Assembly: GCA_050084515.1 (NCBI GenBank)
Contig: CM114271.1
Span: 16,678,001-16,742,000, forward strand
From: Blasia pusilla
Lineage: Eukaryota
Length of the DNA stretch: 64,000 nt
Reading direction: 5' to 3'
In this document: piece by piece, positions 53,350-64,000 of the stretch
Layout of the letters: each line of letters starts with the position of its first letter
Position numbering within the stretch: the first letter of the stretch is position 1
Translations under genes and position numbers: made by a program
Notes under the pieces: generated by a model
Told to the model about the DNA's origin: nothing
What the model saw: the letters and a program-made list of their open reading frames with translations, nothing else
Databases searched by the model: none

Positions 53350-55258
53350 TATTCATGATCATGCGTTGGTGTTGGAGTTCCTACGGACCAGTAGGGTGCC
53401 AAGCATAGTGAGTGCCAAGGAGCGAGACCATGTTCTTCAACGTGCTAAGAGGTATCGATTGGAGGGAACACATATTCTCCGTATGTGGGAGGTGTGAGAA
53501 AAAAAAAAGTGACAAAATCACTGAAATCTTTACAAAACTTAGAGATACAAAGTGGCCTAGTCCGTCCGTGCTCTCACAGAAGAGCTTCGATGGAACCTGA
53601 ACTGGGAGATAACTCGACATACGAGAATGCGCTACCGCTGCGGCTCCCGACTATTTGACTACTCGGGAAAACTAGGGTTTTTATACCTATTTTTCTTTGT
53701 TTCTATTAATAGAAAAATTTTGCCCTATATATTTTGCCCTAGGTTTATCTAACCCTATATTGCATCAGTGTGCCTCGCACCCTGATGCAATATAGGGTTA
53801 GATAAACCTAGTAACGCTACTCCTAAAACCACCTACGTCATATTACTATGACTCCTTCGACGTTTAAGTCGGAACCATCAATCTAGGCTTCTCCTCATAC
53901 AAGGGGGCCGATCAGATTAATGGTGCTTAGAGAAGTGGATGTTGAGAATCCAACAGGAGGATGGTAGAGTACGAGTAGTGCCGCATTTGGCTCAGAGAGA
54001 GCACATTGTGCGACATGCCCATGAGGAGTTGGGACATTTTGGGGTAAAGCGTACGTATAGCTTACTCCTGGGTCAGTATTGGTGGCGTGGCATGCATACT
54101 CAGGTGTAGCAGTTGGTGTCATGTTGTATGGTTTGTGACTGGGTGAGGGCATCATTCAATGCCCCTACACTACAATTACACCCCTTGCCTATTATGGGAT
54201 TGGGTTACCGTTGGAGTGTGGACTTTGCGGGACCGTTACCGTTGACTATATGACATCATCGATATGTGTTGGTGATGGTGGAGCACTTCTCCAAGTGGAT
54301 TGAGTTGGTGGCATTACCTGATAAGGCAAGTGAGGGAACGGCGTATGCATTTCTTGATAGAGTGCTTAGTCATTTTGGTGCACCAGCTGAAGTGCTGACC
54401 GACCAGGGTACAGAGTTTCGGGGTGAGTTTCAGGTCTTGTGTGACAAGGCGTTGATTGATCATCGGACCACGTCTCGAGATCATCCAGAGGCGGATGGTT
54501 TGGCTGAGCGTGCGGTTCAGATGGTGAAGAGGGCATTGCGCAAGTATGGCCTACAGAAGGGGCATCTTGGAGACTGGGATATTCAATTACCATGGTTAGC
54601 CATGGGGTATAGGTTCAATCGCCAAGCATCCTTGGCTTCCTTCTCACCTTATTTTCTGTTATACGGCCGAGATCCAGACTTACCAGCACCAATTCGTCAG
54701 GAGTCTAATGTGGTGGTGAACCTTGATGACCCAGAGATGTGGATGAGAGTGTGTATTCAGCGGGCAGAGCTCTTTCGGAGAGTTATGCCAACAGCCTTTG
54801 AGAATCTTGCCATTGCTCAACACAGGGATACGCTGTGGTATGCAACCATTCGGGGTGGAGGTTATTGACCATCGATTTGTAGGTTCCATGTGGGGGACTA
54901 TGTCTATTTGCAACAGATTGCACCGACAACGTTGGATGTGACGGCAGGCCGCACTATTTTACGAGTGCGAGAGGTGTTAGCTTCTGGAGTTCTCATGTCG
55001 GAGGGTCGTGATGGAGTTGTTTGGAAGGACCATGTGCGTAATTGTGCGCCATGTCATCTTCCAAATGTGGATGGTACTGTTGACCCAAGCTTAGCCATGA
55101 TACGTGCTAGCTTGAGGTGCATGTTGTGTGGGTCTACTGGTAACGCAGCCCGTATGTTGGTGTGTGATCGGTATTCTAGGGGTTGGCACATGATGTGTTT
55201 GACCCCACATATGGATGTTGTTCCTATTGGAAGGTGGGTTTGTCCTCGATGTACTTAG
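53350..55258 (+). pseudogene. Copy B integrase plus C-terminal PHD finger (55118-55255)
   Basis: HAHEELGHFG, WSVDFAGP, VLTDQG, GLAER; CMLCGSTGNAARMLVCDRYSRGWHMMCLTPHMDVVPIGRWVCPRC. Confidence 0.93.
53493..53955. mobile_element. 463-bp solo LTR (TG...CA) with 5-bp TSD GGAGG
   Basis: GGAGG at 53488-53492 and 53956-53960. Removal restores LRMWEDGRVRVVP. Confidence 0.9.
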
Positions 55259-55430
55259 GAGAGGTAGATGACTTGATCTTTGCATGATATGGATTACAGA
55301 TGTGCAACTAACGATGGGGCAACCTAGCATCCGGCCTTCTGATTCGTGCACCCACGAAGGTGTATAGCATGTAGTAGATGTATAGGGCTACCGGGGAGTT
55401 AGAGGGACCTAACCGCCGGTTAGGGAGGCG

Positions 55431-56013
55431 AGTTGTGGTACACTTGTGGTTGTGTATGCTCTCGTCTATGTTATGTATGTATGTGAGTATGGTATGTTAG
55501 CGATGTATGTTGTATGACGATGTGGATTTTCACGACAGTTGTCATGACCATACGGATTATGTCGTAGAGTATAGTGTGCTAGTAGAGGCCATACCTTATG
55601 TAGGGCCATAGTGTCTAGGTAGGGATGCGGTTTCATACATAGGGTTTGGGGTTACTCCGTTGAGGGTGACTTTTCCAGTAGGGCCCGCCCTTAGGTTGGA
55701 GGATATAGTGTGGAGTGTACTCAAAGAACAGTTAGTTCTTTGAGTTGAGCCTGTTGCGTTGGGAGTTAGCCTTGGTAGTAAGTAGAGCTCTTGGCTATGG
55801 TGGTTTCCGCAAGCTTCGACCTGGATTCTCTCATCGTGGAGTGGGTTTGGCTCGATTGTATGTGATTCTATACATGTTTTATGACAGTAGGTCTTTCACG
55901 GATTTCAGTTGTGGTACACTTGTGTTTGTGTATGCTCTCGTCTATGTTATGTATGTATATGAGTATGGTATGTCAATGATGTATGTTGTATGACGATGTG
56001 GATTTGCACGACA
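55431..56013 (+). repeat. 3' split-repeat module of copy B: B1 55431-55537, GT, A2 55540-55653, unique spacer 55654-55906, B2 55907-56013
   Basis: B1 and B2 are both 107 bp and near-identical; A2 matches A1. Confidence 0.93.
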
Positions 56014-57229
56014 AGGGAGTCGTGGCTCACTCAAAGTGCTATTCACTTAGTAACACTTGCTTGATTTCAGTTCCCAACTACAAAGTTCGCATTTGCCATA
56101 GAATCGTGCGATCCGCTTGCTGCCACATAGTCCAGACTTGGGCTTTGTGGCTATGAAGATTCGTGGAAGTGCCTTATAGATTATTGTCGTTGCTCTCTCC
56201 TTGCCACGCTGTCATTGCAAAGTGTGGAGTTGTGGATATTGCCACATAGCTCTGGAGTGATGTCTCTTTAGACTTTAGCTTGTGTCTTCGTGGAAGTGTC
56301 TCTCTCTCATTGTAGTTGAGATTCGAATCATGTGTCTTTTTGTCTAGTGAAGTCAGTATCCTGGTGTGCCTCATTGTGTGTTGAGTAAGGCTACCCATGA
56401 GCTTGCACGCATGGAATAGCAATAACATGTCGATCTCCCTTTGTGACTACAATAAATGTCACCCTCCCCTCTAGCGACTTTCTTGGGCCCTTATTGGAGG
56501 TTTCTTGATATTCTTGGATTAAATTAGTAATTAACTTACTATGCAAGTTGGGAGGACTTGTGTGTACGAGTCGTGCTCTTGGAGCCTTTGGATTTAGACA
56601 AGGATATATCCCCAAGAAAAGGTTTGAAAGACTCATCTTTTTAAAATTGAGTCTTCTAAACATAAGCAAGTTTAGGATGTTATCCATGGTGTATTTAATA
56701 TATATTCCTTCAATAAACATGCGGGTTTGGTTCGATTGTTATCCAATAATTCCGAGAGCAGTGTATTTCCCATTGATTTTCATTGTATTGCCTCTTAATG
56801 TGATGGTGAATATTACCATGTAATATATTATGTCTATGGGCACTTGGTTGAAGGTGTAAGGAGGGTAATGGGAGAGGCAGAGAATTCTTAGTCATAGGTA
56901 GATTAAGATAGTTAGTTATCTTGATTATGGGAATGTGGAAATTTCTTGGTGTGGATATATTCACATGTGGCACGGACTTAAGTCTGCATATAATTCCATC
57001 TATCAATATATGTGATTTCGTGGGAAAAAGCGTCATCCTAAACTTATAAGATATTAAGGATATTTTTTCATCCTTATAGTATTTTTTTTATCCCTCGTCA
57101 AATGGTACAAAATTCAAAAAAATTACGTTTTATTATAGAATTTGTATATTTGAATATGTGTTATGATTAAATTTAGAACACCATGTCAAATTATCATGTT
57201 TCAAATAAAATTATGTCGTGTACGTTGAG

Positions 57230-57567
57230 CATGGTTGCACAAAAATGGACAAATCCATCCCTAAGACATACATGGACGCACAAGTTCGGGTATGTCCACA
57301 AGCATGAATTGCAAGAGGAGGGGCCCATACTTATAGTTCATGACGGAAGGTAAGGCAAGGGCGAGTGGAGCAATAAGGGGGGAGGAAGTGGGGGTTGCTA
57401 GAGGAAAAAACATGAAAGTATGGAACACATAAGAGAGTGGGGGGATTGATAAAGAAGAGGAAAATGGGGCCCACATGGACCACTCCTTCCATAAAACGGA
57501 CGTGAGTCCACACACATGGATATATCCGCGGACACGGACTTCGTCCATGACTCCATATGTAACCTTG
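57230..57567 (-). mobile_element. hAT-type MITE copy 3
   Basis: CATGGTTGCA...TGTAACCTTG; TSD ACGTTGAG/ACGTTGGG. Confidence 0.85.
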
Positions 57568-57826
57568 ACGTTGGGCTTACGAGTTGAACTCTCATTTATA
57601 AATAGTTTTTACATAGCTAGTTTTCTTGAGCGAAAAAAATGGATCATGATTCAAATAGTACATTGTATCATCTCATATTAAACCAAGATTCATAGGAATT
57701 CATTTTTAATGAATAGACCGACAACGTCAAGGAGTTAAGACACGTGCCCCTATTGTTCAAACCAAGCATCATTTTGGGGTTTAAATATTTGTGACTATGC
57801 ATATTTATGCCAATTTTTCACTTATT

Positions 57827-57829
<3 letters not shown>

Positions 57830-57882
<53 letters not shown>
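57830..57882. repeat. (TA)n microsatellite
   Basis: Direct reading. Confidence 0.95.
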
Positions 57883-57886
<4 letters not shown>

Positions 57887-57920
57887 TCTAGTCAAGAAGG
57901 TGCTTTCTAATATATTTCAA

Positions 57921-58350
57921 CTAGTTAGCATGCTGGTGCTAGGCACGGAAAGGGATATTATTCTAAAGAATTATTAGAAAAAAAAATTTAAAATTAAAGA
58001 TTGGACATTCTTTTTTAATACACTCCTCACATACATAAAATCACCACTAAACCACTCCCCCCATAAATATAACCCCCACCAATCAAACTAAACCCCGCTA
58101 CTTCGTGCAATAATTATTACCCAAGTTTTAACCCACTCTTCACATACATAAAATCACCACTAAACCACTCCCCCATAAATATAACCCTCACCAATCAAAT
58201 TAAATCCCATTACTTCCTAGAATAATTATTACTAAGTTTTAACCCACTCCTCACATACATAAAATCACCAGTAAAACACTCTTCCATAAATATAACTCCC
58301 ACCAATTAAATTAAACCCCACTACTTCCTACAATAATTATAACCCAAATA
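57921..58350 (-). mobile_element. Probable Helitron 3' end followed by a ~112-bp tandem repeat (3 copies, 58021-58345)
   Basis: The minus strand reads CCGTGCCTAGCACCAGCATGCTAACTAG|T (short hairpin plus CTAG before T). Repeat units start at 58021, 58134 and 58245. Confidence 0.6.
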
Positions 58351-59357
58351 TTTTCATTTTTTCTCAAATCCATAGCAAGTTAAAAAGGAATACATAAAGA
58401 AAAAATAGTAACATGTTACCATTTTATTTTATTATGGTTGCTATCTTTTCGTATTCTACTTATGGGGTTGCTCATTATAATATGGATATACATGGATTGC
58501 ATTGATTTCCCTATGATGAAACATCGATTTCATACAGTATCCCAACATGTACAAGACTCATGCATCTCCAAGGAAACTTGGGAGAAGGTATTTTTATATG
58601 TGGATAAGCTACTAAATAATTTGATGCATGAAATTGTCATTTTATCAATCTTCATCTTCTATCAAACATACCTTTCCCATATTGGAATATAATCTATTTT
58701 TTTGTTCTAAAATTTCTATAACATTTTCCTATAACAAAATATATGCTCCACCCAACTTGATTATCAAAGGATCGTATCCCAATCGAGTAAGGGGACATCG
58801 CACGACATGAGATGTTGATCTTATTGGATAGGCACCCGTATCTCTTTGAGGATTGATATAAAGAGTTACAAAGGGAGCCAAAAAAATTGAGGTCATGACA
58901 ATAAGTGGACATAGACCACTTGGAGAATGGGAACCATACAATAACCATCTCATGTGATTGACGTATGTACACTCCGTCACCTCACAATGTTAACCAAACT
59001 AGATTCGATCTCAAATGCTCCATCACCTTAACACGGCCAAACTTTTGGGCCATGATAGTAAAAGTAGGAGACAACATCCCTCTTGAGTGGCATGCTTAGG
59101 GATCCCATTGGTAAATCCTTAGGCGGACCGCAAGACCTAATTGGTAGATAGGATACAAGAATTTTCTTCTATCATATAAGCCTCCTCTGTAGAGCATCAT
59201 TTTTGCAACTTTTTGTTGATGAAAAATCAAATACATTACAAAATATCAAAAGTTTCATATTTGAACTAGTGTAAAAAATTTAGATACATGTTTTTATCTA
59301 ATTTTTAAATATATGGATAAAATCCATAGCAAAAATTTTCATGCAAGGACAAAGCAT

Positions 59358-59360
<3 letters not shown>

Positions 59361-59401
<41 letters not shown>
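59361..59401. repeat. (GA)n microsatellite
   Basis: Direct reading. Confidence 0.95.
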
Positions 59402-59407
<6 letters not shown>

Positions 59408-61792
59408 CTTGTTGATAAATTTGCAAAATATCCTTAGCGAACATCTTTATGAAGGAATGTTTTTATATATGATTTTTTTGGGGTTCAATTTAATAGTAGA
59501 GAATGTAGGGTTGAGAGCGAGGGAAATTATCTATGAAAGCTAAAGTTAACTCTTTTCATGTAGTGCAATGGCATTTAGAGTGATACTTGTAGATTGATTG
59601 AAGTAACCTATGTACATAGGTTACCATATATGATAAGATAGTATGCCTTTTATCACTTTTAGAGCAAGAAATATTTCTTCCTCCCTTATATAGAAAATGG
59701 GGAATAAGACTATCTCATTCTGTTTCTGCGCATTCGATTTCTCAATCCTCCTACATATGCAAGAGAGTGTTTATGCACATTGACTCTCAATCCTCAAAAA
59801 TCTAGCCGCAATCCCATATTGCTAGCAACCTCTTGACCTTGTGAAACTTGATCCACTACCCAACATCTCGATCATATTTTTGATATTAAATGACACATAT
59901 AGAAGTGGCCCTTACTTGTTATGAAATTCCATATGAAGTGATACAATTTTGCTGCAAAATCTTATTTTCAACTTATGCAATTTTCTTAAGGAGACTCAAA
60001 GAAATCGTGACAATATTTTTTTTTAAAGATCTCTATTGATTTTAATATCGTGATTTTTTCCTTGTAAGGTTTGAATAAGTCCATAGAAAACTTTAAGAAA
60101 TCCAAATTATCTGTCAAATTTCCAAACATACCAATTGTAGTTATAAAATAAACCATGGTCTCAACGTTATTTATCCCTTTAGAAATTTATTCCCTCAAGT
60201 AGAGGATGGATTTACTAAATTGTTTTCAAATTGATGAATCATAAAATGGTATGTTATCCATATGATTTTCATTATGTGGCATCTTGATATGATTGTGTTT
60301 ATTCAAATGTTATATTGTGGATGTTAATGTATATACATGTGTGTTTATGACATTGATATATGTTGTGTAATGATTTATTTTTGTATGGCACAAGGGAAAA
60401 AGTTTTGTAGAACATCTTCTCTAGTCATGGAACAAAAGAAGCCTTAGCTTTTAAAGAAAGATTGCAAGATTTATACTCTTTTAGCCATTTCATATGTGGA
60501 ATATTGGAACAAATCTAGTGACAAATCCCTTTGAAGAGTTTCGTCATGATTCCTCACTAATGCAAAGAAAACAATTCTTGATGCCCTAGTCCTTGATACT
60601 CATAGGTAGATTTCAAAAAACCTATGAATGTGTTAGTGGATACCAATGATCATAAGTGTCTCAAAAAATCCGATTTCAAAAATATCACAAATATCCCAGA
60701 GTTCAAACATATAATTGGTTCAAAAATCACTTGCTCTTCAAATCACAAAAAAATCAAGTCTTGTTCTTTAAGATTCGATACTGTTAAAATAATTTTTTTG
60801 GGTCACAACTTTGTTTTTGGATAGTCTCAAATAAGCCCTTGTGTGGAAAAAAAATTCATTTTCATCAGACATCCCACTAATGGCTTTAAATTTTTTAATT
60901 TATAAGAAGTAAATTCTAACAATAAGAAAACCATAAGGGATTACGACTACAAATAGATATGCTAACAACCCAAATTAGAAATCCAATTAGTCAATCAAAC
61001 ATCTCAATAGTTGGTTGTGGTCACTACCATAACTGCATCTTACGACCATGGTCATAGCCAAGAATAATGAAAAATAATATGATTCTCACTAGTGAGAATT
61101 GAATTATCATTATTTAACTTTTTGGATGGTTGGAGCCTAGATGTTTTATAGGTAGAAGATCTAGATTTAGAATTCAAAGTTTTACTTGACTTTTATGCAT
61201 GAGTTTCCAATTATAAGTCACCTCTAGGTAGTATTATTCATGAAAATAAATTATCTCTTTACTCTAGATTTGGTGCTCCCGAACATGATTTTAAAAGTCA
61301 AATAATAGGTCCAGGTTATAATGGTTTGTCTTTGAGGATTTCATGGCCAAGAGTCTAAATTTAGCCATGTGGACACACTTCAATGCCTTGCACCACAATC
61401 ATTAATGTTCCAATAGTCCACCCTTTCTCAAATTCTTATGAAAATTTGAGGTATTTTTTGTACAAATAGACATCGCTATCAACATACATTGGACATTATG
61501 CTCAAAACAAATGAATGACGGGTCTACGCTGCAGGCAGAGCGAGCTCAGGTGCAGGTCATGGGTATCCAAGCCCACATAGAAGAGATATCCATAGACAAG
61601 GACTTTGTCCATGTGCAACTTTTACTCAATGATACATTGTGCAGTACCAGCAAGAGACAAGTTACAATGAATTCTCAATGTGTGATCTCCGATCAATTCT
61701 ATCGAACTCTACAAGGGAGAATCCATGCTAAACATATGCAAAGTTGCACTGTATCACAGATCATGATATGGGTTTGATATAAGGAAGATGAG

Positions 61793-62094
61793 GAAGGTTA
61801 CATGTGGACAAAGGCCATGCGTGTGGACTCAAGTCTGTCCTACGGAAGGACTTGTCCATGTGGGGCCCACCTCCCCTTGTTTCTCATTCTACCCACTTGC
61901 CTGTGTGTTCCACACTTTCTTGTTTCATCCTCCCTCCACCTCCCATTATATTGCCCCGCTCATCCTTCCCTTCCCTTCCACCATAAACTATAAGTGTGGG
62001 CCCCATCTCTTGCAATCCATGTCCGTGGACATATCCAAACTTGTCCCTCCATGTCCATCTTAGGGACGGATTTGTTCTTTTTTGTGCAACCATG
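61793..62094 (+). mobile_element. hAT-type MITE copy 4
   Basis: GAAGGTTACA...TGCAACCATG; perfect 8-bp TSD AAGATGAG. Confidence 0.9.
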
Positions 62095-63108
62095 AAGATG
62101 AGCTCCCATCATAAGTAGCTAAGTCTGTGATGCCCACGCCATTAGACACATGGTAAGTTGAGTCATGATTGTGGGTCCAAGGAGGAAAGACCTTGATGTG
62201 ATCCACCAAAGTCAAAACCTAGAGTAGCTAGTCACGAGACTAAAAAGGGTGACAGAACAAGTCGTGAGAGTAACATCAGGCGAGGTGTGGACGTGTTTTG
62301 TGATTGTCCTTAGGTGAGAAAAGGGTGTAACTACTTGCGAGGATAAAATCAATGCAAGCAAGGTTTGAGACCTTGGAGCCAAGCACCAAATCAAGGGCGA
62401 AAAGAAAGGAACATATGAGTAGTCAAGATGGTCGAGACGCCATGCTACTAGTCATGAAACGCAAAGGACAGCAAGACAACCATGAGACGAGGGGAAGTTA
62501 AGATGGGCCGTGAGACACATGAAACGCGGGTCCAACCTCCAAGATGCATTTGGAGAACCAAGAGTTGCATAATGTGCAAGAAGCCTTCGCCAAGCCATCT
62601 TGATGGATAACTAGTCTATTATCAGTCTACGGATCACAAACCACATTTGGGTTGAGGATCAAAATCAACTGAGGTCTGAGGGGAACAATAGAGAAGGTGA
62701 AGTTTCCCGGAGAACCCCAAGAGTACCCAAGGGATGGAAAGGGGGCACTCTCATTCCCTGCCTACACAAGTCCTTGAACTAGGAAGTAACCTTGTGTACT
62801 CTAGATTGTTGGTGACCGATTAGGCTAGATGAAGTAGAAGTCGGACTCTACGATGACTCCAAATGAGCATCATTCAATGTATATCCCTCTAGGCATTTCC
62901 ATGGGTGATCTGTATACGCAAGTAACATCTTCCTTATAGATCACCAACAACTTGTCCACAAGGTACTAACTCTCTATCAACTATACACATGGTCCTCTTA
63001 CAAGATCAGCTACTATCGAACAACCAACTAACCCTCAAACCCTATGGCCCCAAATAGATCCACACAAAGGACGAGAGGGTTAACCTCTAGGTGACTAGAG
63101 AAGTGGAG

Positions 63109-63248
63109 GATAGTATCAAGGCCTTAGTGGGGTATTTTACTTCTCTATTTTGAGAGGTCATACGTGACCTGCATCCTCCTAAGTGCAGGTCACGTATGAC
63201 CTCTCAAAATAGAGAAGTACAATACCCCACTAAGGCCTTGATACTATC
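63109..63248. repeat. Near-perfect inverted repeat, 65-bp arms, 10-nt loop
   Basis: 63109-63173 is the reverse complement of 63184-63248 with one mismatch. Confidence 0.93.
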
Positions 63249-64000
63249 TCGCCCTATGTCTCATATTTCATGACACATTACATAAGGAAAGAAACGACTA
63301 GTTTATACACTAATACTCGGTATGAGGTCTCGAAAACTTACAAAAAGGCTCTAGAACCCATGGAAAGAAGTCATCTCCTTACCACTCCTATAGTTTTTTC
63401 AACTAGTTTTCGCCCCTCATGAAAGAAGATTAAAATGATTTTTAAGGAAAAATTATAGGAAAGTGTACCGTGCTCTTGATATCCATAGTCTAATAAGATT
63501 TACTATGCATGATTTTAAATGATACTAGTAAGGGACTGTGAGATGCATCGATCCTTTATTAATAACTAATGTTTAAACATAACTCTCCTTACCAATTTTT
63601 ATACGACCCCCTTAGAATGACCAAAAGTATTTCTGAAAGACACCTGTCAAAAGCAACAGCGACAGAAAATCGCATCCTCCAATTAGTATATAGTTGTTAG
63701 GAGGTGCTACAAAAAACTACATCCTCCAATAAGTATCTCATGCCTATTTGTCCTCGGGTTTGCTAACCCGAGGTCGAGTTAGTTTACCCTAGCTTCTCCT
63801 TGGAATTATGCTTGAAAGAAAAAGAAAATCTTTGTGTTCCCCATTCTATTGAGCATGAAGCTATAGCACAGTGGACACATCCTTCCATGTGGAACAGCTG
63901 GTTGTGGGTTTGAATCCAGCTGCGCGCACTACATTTTGTCCTTGTGTTGCTCCCCATTTTACCAAAACTCTTACCCTCCTTGACCTAACCCGAGGATGAA

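Larger units (their letters stand above)
44421..56013 (+). mobile_element. Ty3/Gypsy-like retrotransposon copy B (Gag-PR-DNMT-RT-RH-IN-PHD) with split direct repeats and three nested insertions
   Basis: Termini TGTCATG...CACGACA; flanks AGGA/AGGG (4-bp TSD with one mismatch); all domains collinear on the plus strand. Confidence 0.92.

Noticed and set aside
55540-56013. Conventional 474-bp 3' LTR (TG...CA)
   Set aside because: Only its first 114 bp occur at the 5' end, and its last 107 bp are duplicated directly upstream. The same layout appears in three copies, so a split-repeat model fits better, though the LTR reading is not formally excluded.
59560-61700. Decayed hAT transposase (ALVLD-like motif)
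   Set aside because: Too degenerate to support without a profile search.

Overview
This is a repeat-rich eukaryotic window, most likely from a non-seed land plant (bryophyte-like; inferred from gene content). It holds two intact host genes on the minus strand: a 4-exon LEA-like/TMEM205 (DUF4149) gene and a single-exon PduO-type cob(I)alamin adenosyltransferase (MMAB/CblB). The dominant feature is an unusual Ty3/Gypsy-like retrotransposon family in several decayed copies: A (207-~9338, -), B (44421-56013, +), 3' fragment C (15945-18022, -) and scrambled fragments (13182-15944). Its polyprotein reads Gag-protease-C5 cytosine methyltransferase-RT-RNaseH-DDE integrase-PHD finger. Instead of two LTRs it has split direct repeats (A1...coding...B1-NN-A2-spacer-B2). 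These store a head-to-tail end junction (CACGACA-GT-TGTCATG) internally, an architecture associated with tyrosine-recombinase retroelements but here paired with a DDE integrase. Other content: nested insertions with clear TSDs, four hAT-type MITEs with 8-bp TSDs, Helitron remnants, ~350-bp and ~112-bp tandem arrays, two near-perfect hairpins and an orphan ORF with a repeated (Y/F)AR(I/V/L)S motif. All calls come from reading the sequence by eye; no database searches were run.
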